A stretch of 64,000 bases of DNA, from the NCBI GenBank assembly GCA_024137785.1, contig JAHRHZ010000003.1:12295933-12359932 (forward strand), given 5' to 3'. The stretch's first letter is position 1. The number at the start of each line of letters is the position of its first letter. The notes under the pieces were generated by a model, which was not told the origin of the DNA, did not search any database, and saw only the letters and a list, made by a program, of their open reading frames with translations. This document shows, piece after piece, positions 62,863 through 64,000 of the stretch. The stretch is from Ginglymostoma cirratum. Taxonomy: Eukaryota. The position numbers were made by a program, and so were the translations under genes.

Positions 62863-62959
62863 GTTTCCTTCCAGCCCAAGACTCGCAATCCCTCAATGCC
62901 AGTAAAGATTCCCATGGACCAAATAGAACCACAGAAAAATGGCTCGCAGGGCCCTGCTA
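62863..62959 (+). CDS. SLC4A5: SLC4A5 exon 24 ((VSFQ)PKTRNPSMPVKIPMDQIEPQKNGSQGPA); alternative acceptor at 62875
   Basis: KIPM motif of NBC C-termini; two in-frame acceptors (ttctag ending 62862, ttccag ending 62874); A|gtgagt donor, or read-through to TAA at 62965-62967. Confidence 0.8.
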
Positions 62960-63654
62960 GTGAGTAACATTCTCAAACACAGTTGCTTGTTATTGATTTT
63001 CTGAACTGAATACTCAACTAATCAACTGGTCGCTTCTCTGCTTGAAAGCTAATAACCAGTTTCATCTCATTCAAATCATTTAACAACTTAATCATTGATT
63101 CTCCACTTTAACTTTTCAATCTTGCTGTGCACCCACTTTATTGTAGATAATTTTATCTGATTTGAGCAATTTCTTTGTCTTGTTCATGTTCCCAATTTTC
63201 CTTTCGTTCACTGTCACTTCAAAAACTGTTTGCCAAGTGACCAGCTTTGCCTTTGGAGCTCTGGGCTACTAAAATTAATTGTGGTAGGCAAGTGCCACCA
63301 AGGCTTGTTCATCCTGCTGGATATTGCTTTTGCAACCCTGGCAAACAGCAGGGAAAATCTCGTCTCTTTCCATTGAGTATTATTTTACAGTTGTTATTCA
63401 ATGTTGAAAGGCATTCACTGCAAAGAACACTTCAAGTGAATGAATGGCTTCCCGATTAGTATACTTCTTAAATATATCGGTTAATCTCACATAGTGAAGA
63501 AACAAACTTTTGTCAGACCACAACTTGATGATTTTATCACAGTTCATAAATGCAATCATTATCTGCTTGAGAATAGTGGGTTTATTTTAAGAAGTTCTTA
63601 CTGAGCAGTGACTTGCACAACATTGATGAATAGTGATGAATAGCAATATTAGTT

Positions 63655-64000
63655 TATGTAGACTTGGGCTGACAACTGGCAAGTGACATTTGTGCCATAC
63701 AAATGCCAGGCTATGACAATCACCATTAAGAGACATTCTAACCACCAACCCTTGACATTCAATGGTATTACCATCACTGAAACCCCACTATCAACACCCT
63801 GAGGGTTATCATTGACCAGAAACTCAACTGGACTCACCACATAAAAACAGTGGCTACAAAAGCAGGTCAGAAGCTAGGAATACTGTGGCTAGTAACTCAC
63901 CTCCTGACTCCTCAAAGCTTGTCTACCATCTACAAGGCACAAGTCAGGAGTGTGATGGAATACTCCCCACTTGCCTGGATGGGTGCAGCCCCAACAACAC
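63655..64000 (+). mobile_element. CR1/L2-group LINE fragment running off the window (same family as 33000-33150)
   Basis: WADNWQVTFVPYKCQAM...IDQKLNWTHHI...IYKAQVRSVMEYSPLAWMGAAPT. Confidence 0.88.

Larger units (their letters stand above)
14243..62959 (+). other. SLC4A5: SLC4A5 (NBCe2/NBC4) gene span, 24 coding exons traced; terminal exon uncertain or beyond 62959
   Basis: Spliced translation contains SLC4A5-type motifs ([37 protein letters not shown], Gly-rich linker, [55 protein letters not shown]). Exon phases sum consistently to 3247 nt. Confidence 0.95.

Noticed and set aside
14243-62959. Calling the gene SLC4A4 because of its NBCe1-B-like N-terminus
   Set aside because: Core residues ([58 protein letters not shown]) and the Gly linker match SLC4A5.
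1-64000. CRISPR arrays, operons or prokaryotic defence systems
   Set aside because: This is intron-rich vertebrate DNA with no repeat-spacer periodicity and no dense ORF clusters.

Overview
Eukaryotic, AT-rich vertebrate DNA. The repeat content (HE1 V-SINE, SacSINE1-type DeuSINE, CR1/HER1-type LINEs, Penelope-like elements) points to a cartilaginous fish, probably a shark. The window is dominated by one multi-exon + strand gene, the electrogenic Na+/HCO3- cotransporter SLC4A5 (NBCe2/NBC4). I traced 24 coding exons by hand from ATG 14243 to about 62959. All have GT-AG boundaries and consistent phases, giving about 1082 codons; the terminal exon is unresolved. Introns and the upstream region contain nested LINEs and SINEs, two decayed Harbinger-type transposons, a Penelope GIY-YIG remnant and two 400-N gaps. 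The most unusual signal is a family of short fold-back insertions flanked by 15-16 bp target-site duplications. They share ends with the Penelope remnant and carry minimal hammerhead-ribozyme cores (CTGAAGA...GAAACGTC) on both strands; both assembly gaps sit at the centre of such palindromes. This SLC4A5 also keeps NBCe1-like features: an IRBIT/autoinhibitory-type basic N-terminus and a 97-nt penultimate exon. I see no firm evidence of a wholly new protein-coding system. Family assignments rest on recalled motifs, not database searches.
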